This document shows positions 1 to 9,195 of a stretch of DNA of 64,000 bases, piece by piece. The DNA is taken from IMG/VR virus record IMGVR_UViG_3300025133_000033. One strand, 5' to 3'. Source of the DNA: a virus. Positions within the stretch are counted from its first letter, which is position 1. Each line of letters opens with the position of its first letter. The notes beneath the pieces are model-generated. The model did not search any database. It had not been told where the DNA came from and was given only the letters and a program-made list of their open reading frames with translations. A program made the position numbers and the translations under genes.

Positions 1-324
1 TTTCTTGTACCTTTCCTTAATTGTACTCTGGCTTTCCCCTTTTGGCCTCTCACCCCTAGAAGATTCTGCTTCGGTCATAATGCTGACACCTGTGCTATTT
101 TTCATCATAGTTTTACGAACAAAGAGTCCCTTGTTTTTACCTTTCGGCTTTTCTTTTTCAGTCTCTTCTACCTCCGCCTCGGCCAGACTACGTAGATGCT
201 TCTCAATAGTAGCTTCCTTGCGACCTGTCTCTTCTTCTATTTCTGCGAAGCTATATCCGTCCTCAAACATACCCTCTATCACATACTTCTCTGACTTTCC
301 TAGTCTACCTTTTGCTGTCATCAT
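1..324 (-). CDS. Partial hypothetical protein with possible N-terminal HTH (runs off window)
   Basis: Manual translation MMTAKGRLGKSEKYVIEGMFEDGYSFAEIEEETGRKEATIEKHL; start overlaps the stop of the upstream ORF. Confidence 0.6.
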   Translation of the reverse strand, partial: MMTAKGRLGKSEKYVIEGMFEDGYSFAEIEEETGRKEATIEKHLRSLAEAEVEETEKEKPKGKNKGLFVRKTMMKNSTGVSIMTEAESSRGERPKGESQSTIKERYKK

Positions 325-731
325 ACTTCCCTTTCTGCGTTGTTAAGCCATGCTGCATTTCTACTACGGAGAAACTTGATATAGTAGGTAAAAACCTTTT
401 GGGTCGCTTCTTTAAACTCCCATGCTGGCTTACCCGCATGACGGTGTTGTTTACGTTGAGTCCCCTCGCTGTATAGTCCGATGGGATTAAATAGCTTTCC
501 GTACTTTCCTCTTTTCACATAATAGCGAATTCGAGTTCCTGTATCTACCCTTATTGCATAGGCATCAGGAAGGGCGAAGATATCTGTCCCTTCGTCAAGG
601 GCATTTATATCAACCATAGGATATTCTTCAGCATTTAAATAGTCTTCTGTGCCTTTAAATGTGAATACTTCTGTGGCCTGATCCCTGACTGTATCATTAG
701 CATCATCATTTTTGATTTGAAAATAACTCAT
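321..731 (-). CDS. Hypothetical phage protein
   Basis: 136 aa ORF, translationally coupled on both sides. Confidence 0.75.
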   Translation of the reverse strand: MSYFQIKNDDANDTVRDQATEVFTFKGTEDYLNAEEYPMVDINALDEGTDIFALPDAYAIRVDTGTRIRYYVKRGKYGKLFNPIGLYSEGTQRKQHRHAGKPAWEFKEATQKVFTYYIKFLRSRNAAWLNNAEREV

Positions 732-1129
732 TTCTTTTTCTTTCTCTTCTTTATAGCCTGTTTCTTAGTAATAGGAGAAGGCATACTGCCGTCCTCGGTC
801 ATTCGGGTCATACCAGTAGGCAATTCTTCCATCCCTCCGCTGCGATTTTCCCTTTTATCAAACTTATTAAAGTCCTGGCTCATTTCTTCGCATTTATCTT
901 TGCCGTATTTTTTAGTTTGTTTGTCCGCATATTCACCAAGTGTCGCACACTCGTGGAGACCCTTGATATAATTAGTGACCATAGTATCCGAAGAGTAATC
1001 CCTATAGACCTTACTACTAGAACACTCAGGGCACTCAGCATCATTAAGCTTCTTTTCATAGTCGTTAAAGCTCCATAATTCGCTCCAGGGTTGATCGCAA
1101 TCCTCGCATCTTAAACTATACTCAGGCAT
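728..1129 (-). CDS. FmdB-family zinc-ribbon protein
   Basis: MPEYSLRCEDC...CPECSS pattern; start reassigned to MPEY. Confidence 0.75.
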   Translation of the reverse strand: MPEYSLRCEDCDQPWSELWSFNDYEKKLNDAECPECSSSKVYRDYSSDTMVTNYIKGLHECATLGEYADKQTKKYGKDKCEEMSQDFNKFDKRENRSGGMEELPTGMTRMTEDGSMPSPITKKQAIKKRKKKK

Positions 1130-1772
1130 TTTTTGCTCCTTTAGCAAGGATATCTGCCGCACGAGCCATTACATCCCATCGAGCATCCTTGCAATACATT
1201 AGCTGGAAATCAATAGCAGAGCTAACAGGCTTCTCTTCTTTTGGTTCTGTCCAAGACTTGGTATTCCCAACCATTGTTATTTCTTCTGTAAAGTCATCAT
1301 CAACAGGAAAGATTAGATGCCTACGGTAAGGGCCTCTGCGACCTAATTCATGAATCTCTTCCCTGTCTAAGTCTTTACATACACCAATTGAGCTTCCATG
1401 CATATGAGCTATTTCCGAAGAGTTACTTAATATTTCTTTTCGTGTTTCTTCGTCTATTTGATCGACACTCCAGTTTTTAATGTCCTCCATAGCCTCTGGA
1501 GATATATATAAATCGGAAAGATTACCTTTATCCCAGTAGTAAGAAGGATTTGCTTTCTGCTTTTTCATGACCTCTTTCATTCTTTTAGTGAAACCTTCTC
1601 CATAATCGAATTCCACTAGATTTTCGTCTACCCCTAATGATGCAGGCTCGACCCCCTTTGTGTGGTCTACTAGGTCTTTAGCTTGTCCCGAACGGGAAAG
1701 AGGGCTCGCTCCAACAGCAGCCGCCAAGCCTATAGCACACGTTCTAAAGAAGCTTCTTCTGTTTATATTCAT
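1122..1772 (-). CDS. Tat-signal protein containing capsid-like and tail-tube-like segments
   Basis: NRRSFF, hydrophobic stretch and GQA cleavage site; DLYISPEAMEDIKNW, REEIHELGRRGPY and DARWDVMARA resemble recalled structural-protein motifs. Confidence 0.65.
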   Translation of the reverse strand: MNINRRSFFRTCAIGLAAAVGASPLSRSGQAKDLVDHTKGVEPASLGVDENLVEFDYGEGFTKRMKEVMKKQKANPSYYWDKGNLSDLYISPEAMEDIKNWSVDQIDEETRKEILSNSSEIAHMHGSSIGVCKDLDREEIHELGRRGPYRRHLIFPVDDDFTEEITMVGNTKSWTEPKEEKPVSSAIDFQLMYCKDARWDVMARAADILAKGAKNA

Positions 1773-1974
1773 TTACTACATCCTCGTAAGAAATTCTTGC
1801 TCGTCCTCTTTTAGTTTTCATAACTTTTAGAAAACGCTTTCGTTGCCATTCAATAAAGTATAGCACAGATTCAGTCAATTCGTGGCCATCCAGAAAATAA
1901 TGTTCTGCCAGAATGGGGTCATCAATTAGGTTGTCTGTAAAATGACGGAGAACATCATCTATTTCAATAGCCAT
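1744..1974 (-). CDS. Hypothetical protein
   Basis: 76 aa ORF within the operon. Confidence 0.6.
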   Translation of the reverse strand: MAIEIDDVLRHFTDNLIDDPILAEHYFLDGHELTESVLYFIEWQRKRFLKVMKTKRGRARISYEDVVNEYKQKKLL

Positions 1975-2559
1975 TTAGATAGTAGCCTTTGCTAGTTCTT
2001 TAGGAGGGATAGGAGACCATTGTAAACAGCATAATTTTAGATCAGAGATGGTGCATCTCCTATAGGTATTCCCTCCTTCACTGTTTATTCCACCGTCTTT
2101 TATTATCATAATCAGCTCATACTTCTCACCATAAGGAGTGGCAGGATGGTCTTCCAGAAGATCATATATAGGCTTTCCGTCACGTCGAAGAATATGATAA
2201 GGTTCATCTCGATTATGGAAGGACTTTTGAGCAGGAGACTCGTCCCATCTCATATTTTGATCTCCTAGTGCCTGTAATGTCATGATCGTGACAATACCCT
2301 TGTACTCTATCTCTATCTCAACATCAATTGTACGAAAACGGTCAGGGTTTTCATATAAAGCTATTTGACCAAGCTCAAAGACTTGCTCTAGATCATAAGA
2401 GATAGTAATATTCACGCTTTTAATATTATCTGATGAGATATATTTGGGACCACGACCCTTGACTAGAGGCTCTGCTTTAGCAGCCTTCTCGCCTAAAAAA
2501 GGCAACGCCCCCAGAAAAGGAAGCGTTGCCATAGACTTAAGTAGATTTCTTCTCTTCAT
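1975..2559 (-). CDS. Tat-signal protein with tail-tube-like segment
   Basis: KRRNLLK, h-region and AKA site; SVNITISYDLEQVFELGQIALYEN motif. Confidence 0.65.
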   Translation of the reverse strand: MKRRNLLKSMATLPFLGALPFLGEKAAKAEPLVKGRGPKYISSDNIKSVNITISYDLEQVFELGQIALYENPDRFRTIDVEIEIEYKGIVTIMTLQALGDQNMRWDESPAQKSFHNRDEPYHILRRDGKPIYDLLEDHPATPYGEKYELIMIIKDGGINSEGGNTYRRCTISDLKLCCLQWSPIPPKELAKATI

Positions 2560-2779
2560 CCTCTTGTTCCTCCAGAATATATCCTGAGTAGTTTAAACAT
2601 TTCTTACAGTACAGCTTAGCCGCTCTTAGTTCAACGGCGTCAGGAGACATTTTGAGGCGAACAGATGCGTCAGATTTATTATATCTGTTCGTAACTTTAA
2701 CATTTGGGATGAGTACCGTTACATTATCACCATCGTCGAACATGCGATTACAGCCATCACAACGATTTTCGTGCGTCAT
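2537..2779 (-). CDS. Small zinc-finger protein
   Basis: CDGC...CKKC. Confidence 0.6.
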   Translation of the reverse strand: MTHENRCDGCNRMFDDGDNVTVLIPNVKVTNRYNKSDASVRLKMSPDAVELRAAKLYCKKCLNYSGYILEEQEDEEKKST

Positions 2780-3330
2780 ACTTTAACGAAATCCTTCCAT
2801 TCTTCTGGCATGGACTGCCAAGGGGATAGCCCCACATAGAACGAACCACTCTCAGGTTCTTTAGGCACGGCCAATAGACGCATATTGGCCTGCTTTGGAG
2901 TTCTGTTTCCTTTTGAAGAGTTGCAACGCCAGCAAGCAATAACTGTGTTGTTCCAAGTATGAGCCTCTACAGGGTCATCAAAGTGAGACTTTGGTACAAC
3001 ATGGTCAATAGTAGATTTCCCCGGCTGTACTCCCTCTCCACAGTATTGACAAGAGCGATTATCGCGAATCAATAGGTTCCGCTTTTTCAATGCAATCTTA
3101 CGACGACGCTTAACGTATCGGTTAGATACAGCTACGGCAGGCAGAGGGAACGGATCTCCTCCTGCGGAGATAACATAGTCGTCATCGTAGTATGAGATAA
3201 CACGGATGCCTTCTCCTGGCATTTCTTTACCGATAATGTCCAAGCATAGTGCTCTCTTCCAACTAACAACCAGCAAGGGTCGATAGTCTTGGTTTAAGAT
3301 TAAACATGGTTGGTGCTTTATTTCAAGCAT
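2776..3330 (-). CDS. HNH endonuclease (McrA/HNH_5-like)
   Basis: RDNRSCQYCG...TIDHVVPKS...CWRCNSSKGNRTP. Confidence 0.92.
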   Translation of the reverse strand: MLEIKHQPCLILNQDYRPLLVVSWKRALCLDIIGKEMPGEGIRVISYYDDDYVISAGGDPFPLPAVAVSNRYVKRRRKIALKKRNLLIRDNRSCQYCGEGVQPGKSTIDHVVPKSHFDDPVEAHTWNNTVIACWRCNSSKGNRTPKQANMRLLAVPKEPESGSFYVGLSPWQSMPEEWKDFVKV

Positions 3331-3424
3331 TTTAAAACTCCGGCGAAAGGATTATAAAAACAGCCCTACAAAGATAATTATAGCGGCTTATCACACCTCA
3401 AGGGCATTTTCTAGGGATTCATGT

Positions 3425-3454
3425 AAAAAAAGGGGCCGTGTTTCCACAACCCCT
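3425..3454 (-). terminator. Probable intrinsic terminator
   Basis: AGGGGTTG..CGGCCCC hairpin followed by a U7 tract on the minus strand. Confidence 0.6.
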
Positions 3455-3620
3455 AAGTCACTAATCTGTGTCTATTTTTACTTGGATATTTTTTAACTTA
3501 ATATTAATTTCAACCCCATCAGGAGTCTCTTTAACATCAACTTTATCCCATAGTTTGGTCGCCTTTGCAACATGCTCGCGAGTAATTCCAAGTTCAAGCA
3601 AGAACTTGTCTATCATCCAA

Positions 3621-3950
3621 CTACGTAGTGACCCCGCTCTCTCTTCTCTCTTTTTCGACATCGTTTTCTTCTTCCTCTTTGTGTGCGTCAACTAACATAG
3701 GGAAGACTTCTTTAAGCTTAACGCAAGCCTCGTCTAAGCCGTGCTCACGACAACCATCAGCAAGACATTCCCATTTACATACTAGATCGGCCAACTCAGA
3801 TTCATTATGCACGACAGGCTTTTTCTCTGAGTCATCCCAGAAGTCACCTAAGTACCCTTGGATGGTAGGCCATAGTAAAAACGCACCCGCCGCAAGAAGA
3901 ATAAGTTGAAAGGTATCAAGGTTTTTTACAAATCCTAAAATATTATCCAT
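3621..3950 (-). CDS. Single-pass membrane protein
   Basis: TM segment FQLILLAAGAFLLW. Confidence 0.65.
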   Translation of the reverse strand: MDNILGFVKNLDTFQLILLAAGAFLLWPTIQGYLGDFWDDSEKKPVVHNESELADLVCKWECLADGCREHGLDEACVKLKEVFPMLVDAHKEEEENDVEKERRESGVTT

Positions 3951-3965
3951 TACTCGCCCCTTCTC

Positions 3966-4145
3966 TTATTTGGTTTCACGAACAGCATCACCGATGATCC
4001 ATGCCACAACTATAGTAGAGATAGCAACCAGTTGCTCGGTATCTAATTCCACACCAAACACATCTTGACCAACTACAGCCACCAAACCTGCTGCTGCTGC
4101 CCAGAATCTACGGGATTTTAAAAGCGTTGATAGTTTATTTTTCAT
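3966..4145 (-). CDS. Holin-like two-TM small protein (59 aa, not in ORF track)
   Basis: MKNKLSTLLKSRRFWAAAAGLVAVVG...EQLVAISTIVVAWIIGDAVRETK; KSRRFW motif is typical of small phage holins; preceded by AAGGGG RBS. Confidence 0.7.
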   Translation of the reverse strand: MKNKLSTLLKSRRFWAAAAGLVAVVGQDVFGVELDTEQLVAISTIVVAWIIGDAVRETK

Positions 4146-4163
4146 TATGTTCCCCTTTCAGGA

Positions 4164-4541
4164 TTAATACGATTTAAACCAAAGTTTACGTTCATCGTCA
4201 GTAAACTTATACACCATACCCACAACACCGTCATACAAATAGGCTCTTTCTTTTCTCGGAACCTTGCGTGCTACGACAGTCCATAGGATAAATCTTTGAA
4301 AAATTGAAAGCTTACAGCTTTTTCTAATAGCCAGCTCTTTATCTCGATGATACCAGTTCCAGATTATCATTCCAATCCGGTATAATAGATTCACTAACAT
4401 GATTATAGTGACTATATCAAAGGTATAATTGTCTTCTTTTGCATCTTCACTAGCTAGATCATAGACCTTTGCTGCTAATGGAAGTAGCTCAGGATGATCA
4501 ACTTCTGACCCAAACCGAGCCTGTATTTCTTCTAATTTCAT
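4164..4541 (-). CDS. Hypothetical membrane-associated protein
   Basis: 125 aa with a hydrophobic segment. Confidence 0.65.
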   Translation of the reverse strand: MKLEEIQARFGSEVDHPELLPLAAKVYDLASEDAKEDNYTFDIVTIIMLVNLLYRIGMIIWNWYHRDKELAIRKSCKLSIFQRFILWTVVARKVPRKERAYLYDGVVGMVYKFTDDERKLWFKSY

Positions 4542-5359
4542 CGTCTAAATAGACCTCCGAAAATACCCCTACGTCTATATCTTCTATTAGACGAGGGTGG
4601 TGAAACTTTAGGTGGAGATGCCTTCTTACAAGAGACACACTCTTTCTTCTTTGGAACCTCTACAGGAGGAGCCTCAGTACCACACTTAGGGTTATGGGTG
4701 CATTTCTTACCAGATTCTATGCATGGGCATGGAGTACGGTGCCCATCTCCATGAATAATATATCCCAGCCCCTCGCACGGACAGTCTTCGTCTTCGTCTT
4801 CGTCTGGAGGGTCGGGCTCTACATTAGCATATTCCTTAATCGCTGACAATGCCTTCGCTTTATACGACTCGTATTCTTTATCTTGTTCAGACTTATATAG
4901 TTTCCATGACAAGCCATAGAAGAGTCGAGCTAATCTTCTTTTTTTATCTCCAGTTATAGGGTCCGTATCAGTCTGTGGCCCTAAAACTTTAGTCATAGCT
5001 TTCGCAACGGATGGAGAGAACTTTGGATATTTAGGAGACCCGTTGTCCATAAGCTCCGAACCAAATGTTTTCTTGCCAATAAAATCCATAAGGTATTGGA
5101 CTTGGAGATTCGTGTTAAGCGTAACCTTATCGAGCTTCTCTGATAAAGCATTGAACAGTCCTGCCAGCTTACTAGAGCCAGCATCATCTGAAACACTAAT
5201 ACCGTCAACAAGTGCAACGATATCTGCTTCTGGCTTCTCCAGCTTTGCATCACCTAGAGGTAATATTCCTCCAGACTTATACAAAAACGCTATAGCGATA
5301 AGCAAAATTCCTAGCAGCCCCCTAAAATTTAACCTACTCTCTTTTTCCATTATACCCAA
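4538..5359 (-). CDS. Membrane-anchored protein with Cys-rich C-terminus
   Basis: N-terminal TM; CPCEGLGYIIHGDGHRTPCPC. Confidence 0.7.
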   Translation of the reverse strand: MGIMEKESRLNFRGLLGILLIAIAFLYKSGGILPLGDAKLEKPEADIVALVDGISVSDDAGSSKLAGLFNALSEKLDKVTLNTNLQVQYLMDFIGKKTFGSELMDNGSPKYPKFSPSVAKAMTKVLGPQTDTDPITGDKKRRLARLFYGLSWKLYKSEQDKEYESYKAKALSAIKEYANVEPDPPDEDEDEDCPCEGLGYIIHGDGHRTPCPCIESGKKCTHNPKCGTEAPPVEVPKKKECVSCKKASPPKVSPPSSNRRYRRRGIFGGLFRR

Positions 5360-6276
5360 CCTCCTAAGCCATAATTTGGTAACTGACGTGCAGGAAATCC
5401 TTTTACATCGCTGAACGCAAAGGAACCGCGAGCATTCAAAATGGATCGAGCATCACGCTCACGCACCCAAAAGCTTCCATCAGGTTGACCGTGACGCTTG
5501 GGACCACCATTCCATTTTCCCCAGCTATTCTGAATTAAAAACAACATCTCATCAAAAAGTTCGCGAGTATCATCACAGGCTATCCAGGCCATCGCATGAT
5601 TCCAAGAGCCAGAGCGTCTTGCAATGCCCTGAGCATCACGAGTAGACGAAAAGCCCAGACTACTACAGCATGACAAGGCGTATCCATTACCTAATGCGTC
5701 TCTAGCCTCTTCAACAGTTGACACTAAAGAGATAGTATTAACAGGATGCTTACGTGCCTCTGTTCTATATACTGAATCTGGTATCCGATGCTTAGCACCA
5801 CTAGATGAATCATAAACAGACAAGTCGAAATCAGGATATGCTTTACGAAGCAATACTCCTCCTGTTTGATTTACATATCGTGCCGCACCAGAACAAGACA
5901 TTCCTTGTCCTCTGTGGTCTCTTGACTGGTAAATCCCCTCAGTAGCACCTCGTGCTTCCCAAGATTCAGCCTCTCCTTTAATATCTATTTCTACAGCCCG
6001 AGTAATATCAACGGCACCTCTAGTAGCATGGCTTACACAGTCGCCCGTAGTTTGACGCTCCGAAGGACCATACCCAGGATCAAATTTTATTAAAGATTTA
6101 AACGGCAGACTGAGCTTTCCAGCCCCGCTCTCAGATAGTTCCCACGCTGCCGCACCAAACATAGGCATAGGCAGCTCTCCCAAAAGAGCCTTTAGGTCTT
6201 CTGGATCACACTCTGCTCCCGCAAAGCCCTGTGTATAGGCTTCAACGAGTTCTTCTGGAGAATTATAGTCATCCAT
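5350..6276 (-). CDS. Papain-like (C1) cysteine peptidase
   Basis: Q..GDCVSH catalytic Cys, WNHAM His, QNSWG Asn. Confidence 0.85.
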   Translation of the reverse strand: MDDYNSPEELVEAYTQGFAGAECDPEDLKALLGELPMPMFGAAAWELSESGAGKLSLPFKSLIKFDPGYGPSERQTTGDCVSHATRGAVDITRAVEIDIKGEAESWEARGATEGIYQSRDHRGQGMSCSGAARYVNQTGGVLLRKAYPDFDLSVYDSSSGAKHRIPDSVYRTEARKHPVNTISLVSTVEEARDALGNGYALSCCSSLGFSSTRDAQGIARRSGSWNHAMAWIACDDTRELFDEMLFLIQNSWGKWNGGPKRHGQPDGSFWVRERDARSILNARGSFAFSDVKGFPARQLPNYGLGGWV

Positions 6277-6346
6277 TAAATCTTTCCCTTTTTATTTTAT
6301 TATAAAAATTAGATAGGCAAAGCAAGCCATACCTAATATAAATACA

Positions 6347-8899
6347 CTAAGCACACTTCGAAAAGCCACATTGAGTACAGGTAATACATCCTTCTTGACG
6401 GATCAGACTCTCTTTTCCCTCGCATTCAGGACAAGCACAGTTTTCTTTAGCACCATCAGGGATGTATTTTTTAATGGCTCTAGCCATACTTTTCGCAAAG
6501 CATGTCATATCGCCCTTTACCTTCTCAAGCTGCTGTACAATCAGATGTATATCTGCACCATGTCGTAGACCTAGTGAGGTCATACGGGTCAAGGCATCTT
6601 CTTCAGCGGAACACGTTTGGTTTATTGGGGAAAGTTCTAAGCCGTCTTCTAAAATGGCCTTGTACACCCCTTTAGGTCTACCCAACTTTATTATAGTTCC
6701 ATTTAATACCTTTTTGTCTATGAATCCATTCTTACCCGCAAATACTTCATAAGGATCACCATTATATAATCCAACTAAAACGAAGTATGACTCGCCCTTT
6801 ACCTTAATGTGGTAGACATCACACGGTAATTCGCGGGGACGGTCGGGTGAAACGGTAGGTTTGATTTTGTCCTCGTTATCATCCAAAGATGATTCCGCAG
6901 CGAGAACAAAGGTCATGGTGCCTGCTCTATAGGTAGTAAAACCCTTGATACCATTTTTCCACGCCTTGGTATACACCATTTTAAAGTCATCATATGGGTA
7001 TTCTTTGGTCAGGTTAATGGTTTTAGAGATGGCAGAGTCTACCCATTTTGCGAAGATTGACATTGTATTAACATGGGCATCTACATCTAGCTCCATAGAA
7101 CATGATGCCCACTGAGCTTCAGGATTCCACTTGTCGAGCCCCTTCAGAATAGACACTCCATAGTCTTCGACCCACTCCTCTTTAGTTAGACCTCTATTAC
7201 GGTCAAACTTCCAGGTCTTATCTTCAAATGAAGTAGCTAAGAGATTTTCATCTCCTTCTTTTATCCATTTCCAATCAGTATGAGGGCTTCCGTTATAACT
7301 GTCTATATCAAACTTCTTGTTTTCCCAGCTCACATTTTTTGGAACAGCTAACCCTTCTGGAGGAACAGGCTGTATGGAAGTTCTGACATAACCATGCATA
7401 AATAAGGGCTCAAGACCACCGCTAACAAGGTTCGCGAAACACGAACTATTGCCGGTAGGTTGAATTGAGGTGACATGAGAATTTCTCATTCCATGCTTCT
7501 TAATCAATGCTATAGTTGATGGGTCAAGCTTCTCAATAAACTCTCCCCTTAAGTACTGTTCTTCATCATATAGGTCAAAAGACCCCTTCTCTTTTGCTAA
7601 TAAAGCAGATGCCTTGTACGCCTCATTGGTAAAGAATTCCATTAGTTCTTCTGTCATCTTCAACGCTTTTGGACTACCATATTTAACACGAGCCATGAGC
7701 ATAGCAGAGCCATAGCCCAAGACACCGAGACCAATACGTCGTTTGTCTTTCAGGTTTTTCTTTTGAGAAGACAATGGAACGTTTGTAATATCATTTACAT
7801 TATCCATAAACCTTACGGCTGTATGTATATTTTCCTTTAGCTCTTTCCACTTCCATTCTTTTGTTAACGGATCAATGAAGTGAACTAAATTAATAGAACC
7901 AAGTAGACAAACAGCACCTATAGGAAGAACTTGTTCTCCACAGGGATTGGTCGCATTTATCCATTCCAACCAGTGCAAATTATTCATGCGATTCATAGTA
8001 TCAACAAACAATACTCCCGGTTCGTTCCGGTTATATGTATTGCTCATGATAAGATCCCATAGCTCACGAGCCGAATCAAATTTATGGTGAACAACCAAAG
8101 GGTCTTTTGGTTCCTCTAGGCGTATGATAGAGTTGAATGACTCCGCTTTCTCTACGTTATCAACCCACCTCTCTATGCTCCCATCCCAGCCCTCTTTGTA
8201 TAGCTTTGGATATGCCTCATAGTTAGGAAAGACTAGCTCCCAAGGCTGATCGTTTTCTACAGCATTCATAAATTCATCAGTACATAGCACCGACATATTG
8301 AACTTAGTCAGACGACCAGGGGTTTTCTTGGCCTCTATAAACTCTAGAACATCGGGGTGCCAGCATGACATTGTTACCATCTGGGCACCTTTACGAATGA
8401 AGTTCTTTTCATTCTTATTTGACTTTTTATTTGAGCCAGCAGTAATAATTTCAGAAGACTTGTCCCATAGCTCTAAGAACTTAACTGAGCCAGGAGATTG
8501 GTTGGCTATGCCGTGAATATGAGACCCGCAAGGACGCATAATATCAGCACAGAAGCCATAGCCACCCTCTGACTTAAGGATTTGGGCTTGCTTTGTAAGA
8601 GTGCCGTAGATACCCTCTATGGAGTCTTTGTCTCGGCCTTCGAACCCATCAACGAAGCAGTTGATATAGGTCGTTCCTTTGATTCCGGTCCCAGCATTTG
8701 AGGTAATGCGACCGCCAGGAACAAATTTGAAATTTTCTAGAGCTTGATAGAATTTCTTAGTCCACTTTTCTTTATCTTTTTCTACCCCTGCTAGGTTGAC
8801 TGCTACTCTCTTCCATGTGTCCTCTACACAAGTATCATCCTTGAACTTATACTTCTGAAACCACGTCTCTTCCGAGAACGAATTGGTAAACGCACTCAT
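6347..8899 (-). CDS. nrdJ: Adenosylcobalamin-dependent ribonucleotide reductase (class II)
   Basis: PGGRI, NCFV, TNPCGEQ, CLLGSINL, QPTG; C-terminal TSCPD-like domain and Zn ribbon; no beta subunit nearby. Confidence 0.92.
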   Translation of the reverse strand: MSAFTNSFSEETWFQKYKFKDDTCVEDTWKRVAVNLAGVEKDKEKWTKKFYQALENFKFVPGGRITSNAGTGIKGTTYINCFVDGFEGRDKDSIEGIYGTLTKQAQILKSEGGYGFCADIMRPCGSHIHGIANQSPGSVKFLELWDKSSEIITAGSNKKSNKNEKNFIRKGAQMVTMSCWHPDVLEFIEAKKTPGRLTKFNMSVLCTDEFMNAVENDQPWELVFPNYEAYPKLYKEGWDGSIERWVDNVEKAESFNSIIRLEEPKDPLVVHHKFDSARELWDLIMSNTYNRNEPGVLFVDTMNRMNNLHWLEWINATNPCGEQVLPIGAVCLLGSINLVHFIDPLTKEWKWKELKENIHTAVRFMDNVNDITNVPLSSQKKNLKDKRRIGLGVLGYGSAMLMARVKYGSPKALKMTEELMEFFTNEAYKASALLAKEKGSFDLYDEEQYLRGEFIEKLDPSTIALIKKHGMRNSHVTSIQPTGNSSCFANLVSGGLEPLFMHGYVRTSIQPVPPEGLAVPKNVSWENKKFDIDSYNGSPHTDWKWIKEGDENLLATSFEDKTWKFDRNRGLTKEEWVEDYGVSILKGLDKWNPEAQWASCSMELDVDAHVNTMSIFAKWVDSAISKTINLTKEYPYDDFKMVYTKAWKNGIKGFTTYRAGTMTFVLAAESSLDDNEDKIKPTVSPDRPRELPCDVYHIKVKGESYFVLVGLYNGDPYEVFAGKNGFIDKKVLNGTIIKLGRPKGVYKAILEDGLELSPINQTCSAEEDALTRMTSLGLRHGADIHLIVQQLEKVKGDMTCFAKSMARAIKKYIPDGAKENCACPECEGKESLIRQEGCITCTQCGFSKCA

Positions 8900-8912
8900 T
8901 TATTTCCTCCAT

Positions 8913-8955
8913 AAAAAAAGACCCACTCCGTATGCGTGTACAGACAGAGTGGGTC
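8913..8955 (-). terminator. Intrinsic terminator immediately upstream of the nrdJ RBS
   Basis: GACCCACTCTGT...ACGGAGTGGGTC followed by U7. Confidence 0.8.
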
Positions 8956-8965
8956 GTAATTTTTA

Positions 8966-9105
8966 AAAGCGACACGTATGATGGCTGAAGTCAGACTACT
9001 AGGGGTTAATTGTAAGTTTGTTGTTCATTAAAAGTAATCATCCAACCTGACGCTTATCATGGTAGCCTTACAACCATTCTAGAAATGATCGGGATGTGTC
9101 GCTTT
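8966..9105 (-). ncRNA. Candidate rod-shaped RNA or structured nrdJ leader
   Basis: AAAGCGACAC/GTGTCGCTTT closing stem and inner GGTTGTAAG/CTTACAATT stem, between a promoter motif and the terminator. Confidence 0.45.
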
Positions 9106-9145
9106 AACGGTGAGAATTTGACTCGCTCGTTTCTTCCCGACCTCT

Positions 9146-9157
9146 ATAATATACACC
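9146..9157 (-). promoter_or_regulatory. GGTGTAWWWTA putative phage promoter
   Basis: GGTGTATATTAT; related copies at 11029-11040, 20251-20262, 61591-61602 and 61737-61748. Confidence 0.55.
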
Positions 9158-9195
9158 GTTACTCTACCAAAAAAAGTTACGCTCAACTTTTAAAA

